A stretch of 64,000 bases of DNA from Mobula birostris. Its lineage: Eukaryota. The notes under the pieces were generated by a model, which had not been told where the DNA came from, did not search any database, and saw only the letters and a program-made list of their open reading frames with translations. The stretch spans positions 233,800,031 through 233,864,030 of the forward strand of contig NC_092371.1 in assembly GCF_030028105.1 (NCBI RefSeq), in the 5' to 3' direction. A program made the position numbers and the translations under genes. This document shows, piece after piece, positions 39,200 through 50,025 of this stretch; within the stretch, counting starts at the first letter, position 1, and each line of letters begins with the position of its first letter.

Positions 39200-41135
39200 C
39201 ACTGGTAAATAAAATAAAACAACCTTCAAACTACAACAACATGGGACTGGAGATTACCATCTGCCCAGCTGAAGAAAACAGGGAGACTCTTGAACAAGGG
39301 CAGAACAGTAGAAAGGTATTCTCAATGGTTCATTCCATACACGGTAGATAAGATATTGATCCTGCAAGCTCCCATGTGACAAAGTTTAAACGTCGGCGAA
39401 CAGAAACAGGCCCTTGCATAGTCCTACTGACCTGCACATGAGCCCACATTCTCCAACCTCAACCTCAAGCCTAGTGAAGAACTTGGCCCGCTGGTGAAGT
39501 GGTTTGGGCCCAGGTTTGCTGAACATACAAGAAGATTAAGGTTAATTCACAGCAAAAACTCCAGTGGTGCTCTCAGATTAGTCTGGCAAAGACTGGGAGA
39601 ATGCTACGGATCTCTTCAACAAACTCGAGTCCTGCCCCGAGGTTTCTAGCCAGGAGCCCCAATTTCTGTGAGAGCTAGGAGACCTGCTATTGGAGATGGA
39701 GGCAGCCAAAGCCAAAGGCTGCTTACCTGGCTTGTCTTACCTTGACGCTGCACGAGGAATTAGTCGCATCTTGGTGAAATTCCCCTTTAGTCTGCAGGAA
39801 AAGGGGATGTCACAAGGAACCAGATACTAACTGAAAAATGGAGTCAGCTTCCCACCCTTCTCCTTCTTTTCTAGTTTCATCCTGGGCTGACGCCAAAATG
39901 AAATAATCCTTGCTTTATCATGACCACCTCTACACCACTTAAATCAGAGAAACCTGGTTAAGGCCCTATCACGGTGCACAAAACTGAGGTGGACAATGCT
40001 GTCCAAAAGGATGACTCTAAAATGTCAGAAGATCCTAACAAACAGTGCACTCTACATCAGAAATCACACGCTCTCCAGAAGTGTAGAGGCTTCAGGGAGA
40101 AACCTCTAGAGGAGTGAAGAGCCTTCCTTAAAGAGCACTCCATTTTTTTTTTTGCTGCTGTTCTTCAACCAGTCACTGCATGAGGGACTGTAATGCTGTC
40201 ATCCAGTACTCTGAATGGGACTGCGACAAGCACGTTGCAGACCTTCATGTTGGCCCACCTCCTTGGTCCGTGAAGATCAATACAAGCACCCCCCTCACAG
40301 AACGGCGGGGAGAAAGATGAATTCCCTTCCTCTCTAGTGGCCACCTGTTCCTGTACTGTCTGTGGGGAAAACTCTGCCAGTCAGTCAGGTGTAAAGATCT
40401 GACTTGTCAATGTTTACCCAGAAGGCCACTATGAGAAAAGGATGAGGATGCATGTTGTCTTGGATGATCTGAGCAACAAGTCTTTAGCTAAATCATCTTT
40501 CTTCAACGCAACCGATAGCGCTTCAGCTTTCACACTTAAGACATGCGCAGCTGTGTCACAGATGGTGGGTGAAGAGCAATAAGTTTCATTGCTGAATCTG
40601 TTGAAGAAGAGACTCGTTTAGTTCTCCCGGTGCTCATTGACTGTGATGAACTTCCGGACAGTAGAAAGGAAATCCCCCACTCCAAGAAAAGCAACTCGCC
40701 ACCCTCACCTCAACTCTCTAACCGCCAAGATACTGTCACTCAACCCAAAGGCAGAGATCCTGCCCCTGCTCGAAAGAGGCAAGGTACTCGAGCAACATGA
40801 TGGGCCTCCAAATACTCCCTTTACACAGAGGTCAGCACCAAGATGGGTCACAGTAGGAGACGTCTGCCTAGGGAGTGCACACAAACACTCACCTGTGAGC
40901 ATTTTCAGAACTGGCATACTTGCCCGGGCTCAGGACTCCCTTCCTCAAGCAGCATCCACGTCAAGGAGAGCTTTGGCCTGTGCTGCCAGCCTCCTGCCTC
41001 TCCAGCCTTGACCTCGCAACAGAGAGGTTTGGCAAACAGCAGAGCAAGCAAGCGTGGGTGAATCTGTCTTTGTCAATACAGAAGATGACGACAAACCAGC
41101 TCTTTCAATGGATGATGCAAGGGTAAAAGGACCCT
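39200..41135 (+). mobile_element. Degenerate BEL/Pao LTR retrotransposon internal fragment (gag and protease)
   Basis: Hand translation gives EEL..LVKW, VWQRLGECYG, GLSYLDAARGI..ILVK.PFSLQEK, knuckles CTLHQKSHALQKCRGF and C.S.SHCMRDC, protease-like HVVLDDLSNKSL; ORF 40637..41011 (HPHL...WVTVGDVCLG). Many stops and frameshifts. Confidence 0.75.
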
Positions 41136-42221
41136 GATGGCAGTTATATACAGGACTTCAAACAGCAGCTGGGATGTAGACTACAGATTACAATGGACAA
41201 CAGAAAAAGCATGTCAAAAGGGCAATGTTACAGTAGTCATGGGAGATTTCAACATGCAGGTAGATTGGGATAAATCAGCGTGGTAATTGACCTCAAAAGA
41301 GTGAGTTTGTTGAAGGCCTATGAGATGGCTCTTTAAAGTCGTTTCTCATTGAGCCTATTAGAGGGTCAGCTATACTGGATTGAGTGTTATGTTATGAACT
41401 GGAAATGATTAGGGAGCTTAAGGTAAAAGAACCCATAGGACACAGTGATCACAATATGACTGAGTTCAACTAGAAATCTGATAGTCTGACATAGCAGTAT
41501 TTCAATGGAGTAAAGGAAATTACAGTGACATGAGAGAGGAGTTGGCCAAAGTAAATTGGAAGGAGATGCTGGCAGGGATGATAGCAGAGCAGCAATAGTG
41601 AGAGTTTCTGGGGAAAATGAGGAAGGTGCAAAATAGATATATTCCAAAAGCAAATAAATACTCAAATGGCAAAATAGTAAAACTGTGGCTGACAAGAAAA
41701 GTCAAAGCTAATGTAAAAGCAAAAGAGATAATAATAAGGGACAAGGAGATGGCAGATGAACTAAATGAGTATTTTGCATCAGTCTTCATTGTGGAAGACA
41801 CTAGCAGTGTGCCAGATGTTGAAGGGTGTGAGAGAAGAGAAGTGAGTGCAGTTACAACAGGAAATAGGGAAAAGGTGCTCAAAAAGCTGAAAGTTGCAGG
41901 GGTACATAAGTCACTCGGACCAGATGAACTGCACCCTAGGGTTCTGAAAGAGGTAGCGGTAGATATTGTGGAGGCATTAGTAATGATCTTTCAAAAATCA
42001 TTGGACTCTAACACGGTGCCAGAGGACTGGAAAATTGCAAATGTCACTCCACTCTTCAAGAAAGGAGGAAGGCAGCAGAAAGGAAATTATAGACCAGTTA
42101 GCCTGACCTCAATGGTTGGGAAGATGTTGGAGTCAATTATTAAGAATAAGGTTCTGGAGTACTTGGTGACGCATGGCAAGGGAAAATCTTGCCTGACGAA
42201 CCTGCTGGAATTCTTCAGATT

Positions 42222-43490
42222 CTTCTTCTTCTTTTTCTTCTCCTCCTCCATCTTGTTTTACGGTGGTTGGCACCCAGCTTAATGGTGCATTACCTCCACC
42301 TTCTGCTCCGGAGTGTGCAATAGACTTACATTCTACACACACACACACACCCAACCTGCACTTTATCCTCTCATCTTTGGCCATCCTAGTACCCTATTCC
42401 TGCTTATCCATCATATCCTATAAAAAAAACCCTGTATCCCTTAAGAAAGCTAAAACTACCCTGACCTGTGCTCTCTCACCCGTTTAAGAGACTACTAGAC
42501 AGGTATATGGAGGAATTTAAGGTGGGGGGGGTTATATGGGAGGCAGGGTTTAAGGGTCAGCACAACATTGTGGGCTGAAGGGCCTGTACTGTGCTCTGTT
42601 CTATATGTCCAGCAACCCTTTTAATGTGAATTCCTGTGCCCCCAATTCCCTTAGATTCTCATCATCTCTCTCGGCATCCCATACGTTCTGCAACTCAGAA
42701 CTACATGTTCTACTGACTCCTCTTCCTGACATTCCTCACACTATCCTGTCTGGTGTTTCCCTATCATTTTCAATGTTTTGTTTAATGCACAGTGTCCCAG
42801 CCTTAACCTAGTCCACACAGTTTCCTCTCTTCTGTATCTACTACCTACCCTAGTACCTGCAACACCTTTTTGTATTTGATATAAATGCCTCCCTTTCTCC
42901 TCCCTGTCCCATCTTTCTTGCCATATTTGGTTGATTTTTTTCCCCAAATTACACACTTCACCTCTGCTTTACTGATACTAATGTGCATTTCTATATTTTC
43001 TTTCTTTAACGCCCTCTTTGCCAACTCATCCACCCTCTCATTTCCCTTCACCCCCACGTGTGCTGGAACCTATAGAAATTTTACCTGATCTCCCTGATTT
43101 GCAATTCTTGTGACTGACTGAAGGACTTCATAAAGTACATCTTGCCGACTGTTTGAGTGAAAAGACCTTAAACTTGCTAGAACTGAGGATGAATCAGAGC
43201 ATATCAACACTTTGACTTGTCTAGCTTTCTCCACCCATCGTAAAGCAACCAACACTGCCAGTGTCTCCACTATATACAACCCAAACTTATTAGATGTTCT
43301 TTTGTTGATTCCAATTTCTTTTGCTGGTATAGCTACCCCAAACCTTGTCACTCCTGTTTCAGGTTCCTTAGCACCATCCGTATAAATCTGAGTATAATCA
43401 CTATACTTTTTCATCACATGACAGTTCAATGCACTTACTAAACCAGTTTTATATTTTCCTTTCCTTTTTACCTCTAACAAATGCCAGTCT
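42222..43490 (-). mobile_element. I-group (Nimb-like) LINE 3' fragment with RNase H and CCHC knuckle
   Basis: ORF 43070..43480 IYTDGAK...ETLAVLVAL.W...ICSDSSSVL, then HVGVKGNERVDELAK, TRLRLGH and CEECQEEESVEHV..SC; GAA-rich tail; carries a CR1 tail at ~42482-42605. Confidence 0.8.
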
Positions 43491-43610
43491 TGAGATTACA
43501 AATAAGACAGATAAAGAGGATGCACGGGATGTTGAAAATTTGGACTTTCAGAAGGCCTTTGACAAGGTGTCACACTTAAGGCTGCCACCAAGTTAAGAGC
43601 CAATGGTATT

Positions 43611-44420
43611 ATAGTCATACTTTATTGATCCCGGGGGAAATTGGTTTTCATTACAGTTGCACCATAAATAATAAATGGTAATAGGACCATCAATAGTTAA
43701 ATAGTAGTATGTAAATTATGCCAGGAAATAAGTCCAGGACCAGCCTACTGGCTCAGGGTGTCTGACCCTCCAAGGGAGGAGTTGTAAAGTTTGATGGACA
43801 CAGGCAGGAATGACTTCCTATGACACTCAGTGTTGCATCTCGGTGGAATGAGTCTCTGGCTGAATGTACTCCTGTGCCCACCCAGTATATTATGTAGTGG
43901 ATGGGAGACATTGTCCAAAATGGCATGCAACTTGGACAGCATCCTCTTTTCTCACACCACCGTCAGAGAGTCCCGTTCCATCCCCACAACATCACTGGCC
44001 TTACAAATGAGTTTGTTGATTCTGTTGGTGTCCACTACCCTCAGCCTGCTGCCCCAGCACACAACAGCAAACATGATAGCAGTGGCCACCACAGACTCGT
44101 AGAACATCCACAGCATCGTCCGGCAGATGTTAAAGGACCTCAGTCTCCTCAGGAAATAGAGATAGCTCTGACCCTTCTTGTAGACAGCCTCAGTGTTATT
44201 TGACCAGTCCAGTTTATTGTCAATTCGTATCCCCAGGTATTTGTAATCCTCCACCATGTCCACACTGATCCCCTGGATGGAAACAGGGGTCACCGGTACC
44301 TTAGCTCTCCTCAGGTCTACCACCAGCTCCTTAGTCTTTTTCACATTAAGCTGCAGATAATTCTGCTCACACCATGTGACAAAGTTTCCTACCATAGCCC
44401 TGTACTCAGCGTCAACTTCC
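43611..44420 (-). mobile_element. Rex1/Babar-type LINE, young 5'-truncated copy A
   Basis: ORFs 43952..44395 and 43745..43942 (LQLNVKKTKELVVD, YKYLG, FLRRLRSF); tatgac tail. Confidence 0.9.
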
Positions 44421-45114
44421 TAGGAAAGTTTGATTAGAACATTGGCTGATTGGTAGGAAGCAATGAGTGGGAATAAAAGGATACATATATAGTTATGACA
44501 GTGAGGGCATGGAGAGACAGCTAGGAGTGGTTGTAGTAAAGGCAGGTATATTATAGCTACTCAGAAAGCTTGCAGTGAAAGTCACAGCCTCTGACTCGGT
44601 GTGAAGGGGGTGGACAGTGTGATGAGGGTGCCACCACTGAGACACCATTAACATCTAGAATCAGTGTCTGCATCTTACGCACAAACAAGAGGAAAATCTG
44701 CAGATGATGGAAATCCAAAGCAACACACACTAACTGCTGGAGGAACTGTTGACATTTCGGACCAAGTTCTAGAGCACAAATCCTCAGTACCATAGCTGGA
44801 GTGTTGTCTGACCCTGTAAGATGTATCCTATCTGGTGAAAAAATTCAGCATGGCAAGCAATATTATTCTTTGTCCACAGAATGCTATGTGACTTGCTGAC
44901 TGTATTTAGCACATTTTATTTCAAAGTTAAAAGTACATTTGTTTACAAAGTACACTTATGTCACCATATGCTACCCAGAGATTCATTTTCTTGTGGGCAT
45001 TCAAGGTAAATCCAAGAAACAACATAATCAATGAAAGACTGCAACCAACATGGTGAACAGAAAACAAACTGTGTAAATGGAAAAAGAAAAAAAGAAATAA
45101 TAATAAATAAATAA

Positions 45115-46288
45115 GCAGATGTAGTGTATATGGATTTTAGCAAGGCATTTGATAAGGTACCCCATGCAAGGCTTATTGAGGAAGTAAGGAGGCATGGGAT
45201 CCAAGGAGACATTGCTTTGTGGATGCAGAACTGGCTTGCCCACAGAAGGCAAAGAGTGGTTGTAGATGGGTCATATTTTGCATGGAAGTTGGTAACCAGT
45301 AGTGTGCCTCAGGGATCTGTTCTGGGATCTTTACTTTTTGTGATTTTTATAAATGACCTGGATGAGGAAGTGGAGGGATGGGTTACTAAGTTTGCTGATG
45401 ACACAAAGGTTGGAGGTGTTGTGGATAGTGTGGAGGGCTGTCAGAAGTCACAGCGGGACATTGATAGGATGCAAAACTGGGCTGAGAAGTGGCAGATGGA
45501 GTTCAACCCAGATAAGTGTGAGGTGGTTCATTTTGGTAGGTCAAATATGATGGTAGAATATAGTATTAAAGGTAAGACTCTTGGCAGTGTAGAGGATCAG
45601 AGGGATCTTGGGGTCAGAGTCCATAGGACACTCAAAGCAGCTGCGCAGGGTGACTCAGTGGTTAAGGCGGCGTACAGTGTATTGGCCTTCATCAATCATG
45701 GAATTGAATTTAGGAGCCAAGAGGTAATATTGCAGCTATATAGGACCCTGGTCAGACCCCACTTGGAGTACTGTGCTCAGTTCTGGTCGCCTTACTACAG
45801 GAAGGATGTGGAAGCCATAGAAAAGGTGCAGAGGAGATTTACAAGGATGTTGCCTGGATTGGGGAGCATGCCTTATCAGAATAGGTTGAGTGAACTCAGC
45901 CTTTACTCCTTGGAGCGACGAAGGATGAGAGGTGACCTGATAGAGGTGTATATGATGATGAGAGGCATTGATCATGTGGATAGTCAGAGGCTTTTCCCAG
46001 GGCTGAAATGGTTACAAGAGGACACAGGTTTAAGGTGCTGGGGAGTAGGTACAGAGGAGATGTCAGGGGTAAGTTTTTTTTTTACTCAGAGAGTGGTGAG
46101 TGCGTGGAAAGGGCTGCCGGCAACGGTGGTGGAGGCGGATACGATAGGGTCTTTTAAGATAGGTATATGGAATTTAGTAAAATAGAGGGCTATAGGTAAG
46201 CCTGGTAATTTCTAAGGTAGGGACATGTTCACCACATCTCTGTGGGCCGAAGGGCCTGTATTGTGCTGTAGGGTTTCTATGTTTCTAA
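45115..46288 (+). mobile_element. CR1 LINE, young 5'-truncated copy with long open RT frame
   Basis: ORF 45124..46185 (353 aa) YMDFSKAFDKVPH...SVPQGSVLG...KFADDTK...LVRPHLEYC; (tttctatg) tail; inserted in a LINE tail with taagca on both sides. Confidence 0.93.
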
Positions 46289-46709
46289 GCAATAAAGAGA
46301 ACATGAGATGAAGAAATGATGGGAGGAAAGTGTTGGATTGATTTCGAGTAGGTTAAAAGGTCAGTATAACATCATGGGTCGAAAGGCCTGTATTGATCTA
46401 TGTTCAGCTTTAAATCACCAGTTCTTTGTGATTCTCCGACCAGTGAAAACAGCTCAACATCTGCCTTGTCAAGCCCGGTAGGATTTTTGTAGACTTGAAT
46501 AAAGCCACCTCTCATTCAAACTGTGCAAATATAATAAGAGTTGTAAAGAGTCTTTGAAAGTGAGTCTGGAGGTTGTGGAATACCTTCAGAGTTTGCTCGA
46601 GTTTTAAGCTTGGCGGACGGGGCACTGGCGAGGCGCTCGCTAGCAGCACGGGACGCGGCGAGCAAGCCAGCTGCAGCGAGTGAGGACGAAAGGCCGTACT
46701 AGGGCTTAC

Positions 46710-46734
46710 CTTGCACCACCACCGACTGGGTCAT
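46710..46734 (-). CDS. TUBE1: Tubulin epsilon, coding exon 1 (MTQSVVVQ)
   Basis: ATG ACC CAG TCG GTG GTG GTG CAA G followed by gtaag; TUBE1 N-terminus, located in the CpG island. Confidence 0.95.
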
Positions 46735-47396
46735 AGCGTGCAGCCGGCGGACGCAGCTCCCCTGTCCGCGAACGAACCATCCACCTCCCTCAGCAGCCTT
46801 TCTGCCGCCACTTCGCGCGTTTCGCGCGCTGGTTGCTGGAGGGAGCGTCTGACGTCACGTTGCCCTGGAAACCGGAACAGCGGCATGGGCGGGGCAAGAG
46901 AGGGAATCCCAGCACGTGACCAGAGTGCACCACCGACTCACCAAATACACACACACACACACGCCATCTCCGAGCTGTCAGCTCTCTAAACTCACCCCCA
47001 CTACTCTGGTTTACCGCTGTCATCATTTACGTCTGCTTGCACCAATTTCTTCACTGACAGACTCTATAATTTTTCGCAACCTACTCTGACTGCAAAAATG
47101 TCTGCAAGTCAGAACTGTCTGCGCTGATACATAGGTCTGCGGGACAATATCCATTTTAATTGGAATTAATTCTAGTGGTTTTGTGTGAAACAACTTTCCG
47201 TGGCTGAAAAAAAAGAACTACGAGTTGGTGCCTGTGGATACACTCAGATTTTCTTTGCCACGGTGGCAGTGATACCTGAAGCTAGGGCCTCCAGATGGCA
47301 GAGCGAAGTTACTGACCGTACGTAGACTTTCTAACTAGCCCAAACTGATGTCATTCCACGGTTGTAGGGTCGGAGATATAACACAGTGCCTGAAGA

Positions 47397-47407
47397 ATGG
47401 CGGAGAA
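47397..47407 (+). CDS. BSD domain-containing protein 1-like (probable BSDC1 paralogue), coding exon 1
   Basis: ATG GCG GAG AA followed by gtaggt; an 11-nt MAE start exon as recalled for BSDC1. Confidence 0.8.
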
Positions 47408-47496
47408 GTAGGTGTCTCCCTCAAATATCTTTTTAACTCACTACAAAATAGCTATCAATTAAACTGCTATATTCATTTGTACCGATTCCTTTACAG

Positions 47497-47545
47497 TTGG
47501 TGGGGAAGCTGGATTCATCAGAACGTCGCGAAGGCGAAAGCCAAG
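47497..47545 (+). CDS. BSDC1-like exon 2
   Basis: ttacag acceptor, gtaaat donor. (N)WWGSWIHQNVAKAKAK versus BSDC1 WWRSWLQQSYQAVKEK; follows an 89-nt intron. Confidence 0.85.
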
Positions 47546-49008
47546 GTAAATCAGATTTCTGGCCGAACGTCGCCGAACGATCGTAAGATTGCTTCGGAGT
47601 TGTAATCACAGTAATTTTGGTAATGGCTTTGCTAAGGGTTTTAACAACTTGTTTATTTGCGCTTTGTGTCGATAGTCATCTTTGTTATTTGCGCGGGCCC
47701 CACCGCATTGCACTGGTGAATTGGAAACAATGATGAGTCATTTCCTCTATCTGTTGCTGAGATGATTTTTCAGAGCTCTTAGTGCTTAAATCGATTTTCA
47801 ATCTCTTTTTTTTAATGCCTCGTCTTCGGGTTTTTAACTCAAGTAAAGGAGTCAAATGCTATCGTTTTGATGACAGCTGTACCGTCACTCCGCTTTTCCT
47901 AGCACAATCATATTCTTGTTTTCCTCCAGTGATTTTGAGTAGTTTGAAGTAAATTTCTTTCCAACATCATCACAAATTTATCTTCCGGGCTATCGAGTCT
48001 ATATGTTTCAGCGGGAGAAGTCCGCCGAACCAGACCATTTCGAGCCTCGCTATGATCCACGTCACTTAAAATCACCTATTCTCTGACTGAATACACGCTT
48101 TATTCGTCAATCCTGTTAAAGAGGGAATGTTGTTGCATTATATAGACCTACTAATAAACAATTTGTTAGTTAAATCTATTACAGTTCATTGGTTCAGTAT
48201 ATGGACTTTTAAATAAGTTTACAGTTGTGACAGAAAATACCCCACAGGTAATCAGTAAATTGATGTGGTGTTTTGGGTACTGGTTCCAGTTGAACAAACG
48301 ATTTAGACTCATCATGGAATTAAACAGCTCACCCCACCAAATCTCTGCTGATACAAGTTCAAGTTTATAGTTGTCCAACCATACACATGTATACGGTGAA
48401 ACAAAACATCATTGGGGGGGAGGGGGGAGACAAGGTACATAGAGTGGCACACGGCACATATAGTTACAATCCAACACAAAAAGTCACAGAGTAAAAGAAG
48501 CCCTGAAAGAAAAAGAAGAGCATGAAGCCTTGAGTGCCACCACATGAAGATTGACAGGTTGACATAAAGTGTCAGGTTTATATAAGGCAATATAATGACT
48601 AATTAGATTAGATTAGATTCAACTTTATTGTCATTTTGCCAAGTACAGATACAAAGCCAATGAAATGCACTTAGCATCTGACCAGAAATGCAAAGAATAG
48701 TGTTATTTACAAAATAACTGTGAATAAAAAAGTGCTACAGCACACAAATATAAAAGTACTGAGACAGTACAATACGGATGCAATATTGCTTAGTGCTGTG
48801 ATGAGGGGTTCAGCAGTGTCACAGCCTCAGGGAAGCTGAACCTGACATATGGTATTTTGTTTTAATAATGTCCAGCAGGGTCTTGCGGTCATAAGAAAAA
48901 CATGTAAAGCAAAGACTTACACCATTTTTTGGACCTAGAAACATCATTGCAACTCAGTGCGCCACCATTTTCTTTAATTAATCTCGTTTATTTACTCCTT
49001 GGACTGTG

Positions 49009-50025
49009 GACTGGCAGACCACAGTACATGTGCTTGCAACACTGTGTGTCTGACAGAGAGATCAGCAGCACTGGGGCTCCACAGGGGACTGTCTTGTCTC
49101 CCTTTCTCTTCACCATTTACACCTCGGACTTCAACTACTGCACAGAGCCTTGTCATCTTCAGAAGTTTTCTGATGACTCTGCCATAGTTGGATGCATCAG
49201 CAAGGGAGATGAGGCTGAGCACAGGGCTACGGTAGGAAACCTTGTCACATGGTGTGAGCAGAATTATCTGCAGCTTAATGTGAAAAAGACTAAGGAGCTG
49301 GTGGTAGACCTGAAGAGAGCTAAGGTACAGGTGACCCCTGTTTCCATCCAGGGGTTCAGTGTGGACATGGTGGAGGATTACAAATACCTGGGGATACAAA
49401 TTGACAATAAACTGGACTGGTCAAAGAACACTGAGGCTGTCTACAAGAAGGGTCAGAGCCATCTCTATTTCCTGAGGAGACTGAGGTCCTTTAACATCTG
49501 CTGGATGATGCTGAGGATGTTCTACGAGTCTGTGGTGGCCAGTGCTATCATGTTTGCTGTTGTGTGCTGGGGCAGCAGGCTGAGGGTAGCAGCCACCAAC
49601 AGAATCAACAAACTCATTCGTAAGGCCAGTGATGTTGTAGGGATGGAACTGGACTCTCTGACGGTGGTGTGAGAAAAGAGGATGCTGTCCAAGTTGCATG
49701 CCATTTTGGACAATGTCTCCCATCCACTACATAATATACTGGGTGGGCACAGGAGTACATTCAGCCAGAGACTCATTCCACCGAGATGCAACACAGAGTG
49801 TCATAGGAAGTCATTCCTGCCTGTAGCCATCAAACTTTACAACTCCTCTCTTGGAGGGTCAGACACCCTGAGCCAATAGGCTGGTCCTGGACTTATTTCC
49901 TGGCATAATTTACATATTACTATTTAACTATTTATGGTTTTATTACTATTTATTATTTATGGTGCAACTGTAACAAAAACCAATTTCCCCTGGGATCAAT
50001 AAAATATGACTATGACTATGACTAT
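49009..50025 (+). mobile_element. Rex1/Babar-type LINE, young 5'-truncated copy B
   Basis: ORF 48929..49672 GAPQGTVLSPFLFTIYT...KFSDDSAIVG plus 49682..49879; (tatgac)3 tail. Confidence 0.92.

Larger units (their letters stand above)
41180..44485 (+). mobile_element. CR1 LINE host split into three pieces (41180-42221, 43490-43610, 44421-44485) by later insertions
   Basis: ORF 41617..42282 runs to SCLTNLLEFF; homology resumes at 43490 (gactttcagaaggcctttgacaagg) and at 44421 (cattggctgattggtagg). Confidence 0.85.
46600..47720. promoter_or_regulatory. CpG-island bidirectional promoter shared by TUBE1 (-) and the BSDC1-like gene (+)
   Basis: The most CpG-dense non-repeat region in the window; divergent ATGs at 46734 and 47397. 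Motifs: TTTCGCGC (46820), TGACGTCA (46850), GTTGCCCTGGAAAC (46859), CCGGAA (46872), GGGCGGGG (46887), CACGTG (46913). Confidence 0.85.

Noticed and set aside
38895-39200. 5' LTR of the BEL/Pao fragment
   Set aside because: A TGT...ACA pair exists, but no second LTR, TSD or clear primer-binding site supports it.
45124-46185. 353-aa reverse transcriptase ORF as a domesticated gene, retron or telomerase
   Set aside because: It is a 5'-truncated CR1 ORF2 with a frameshifted C-terminus and the standard CR1 3' tail; many sibling fragments occur in the window.
46711-47026. ORFs across the CpG island (46711..46989 +, 46790..47026 -) as microproteins
   Set aside because: GC-rich promoter DNA is stop-poor; the ORFs have no recognisable domains and overlap the TUBE1 start and promoter motifs.
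49670-49684. In-frame TGA in the Rex1 copies as selenocysteine
   Set aside because: No SECIS element is evident and there is no precedent in LINE ORF2; a shared nonsense change is simpler.
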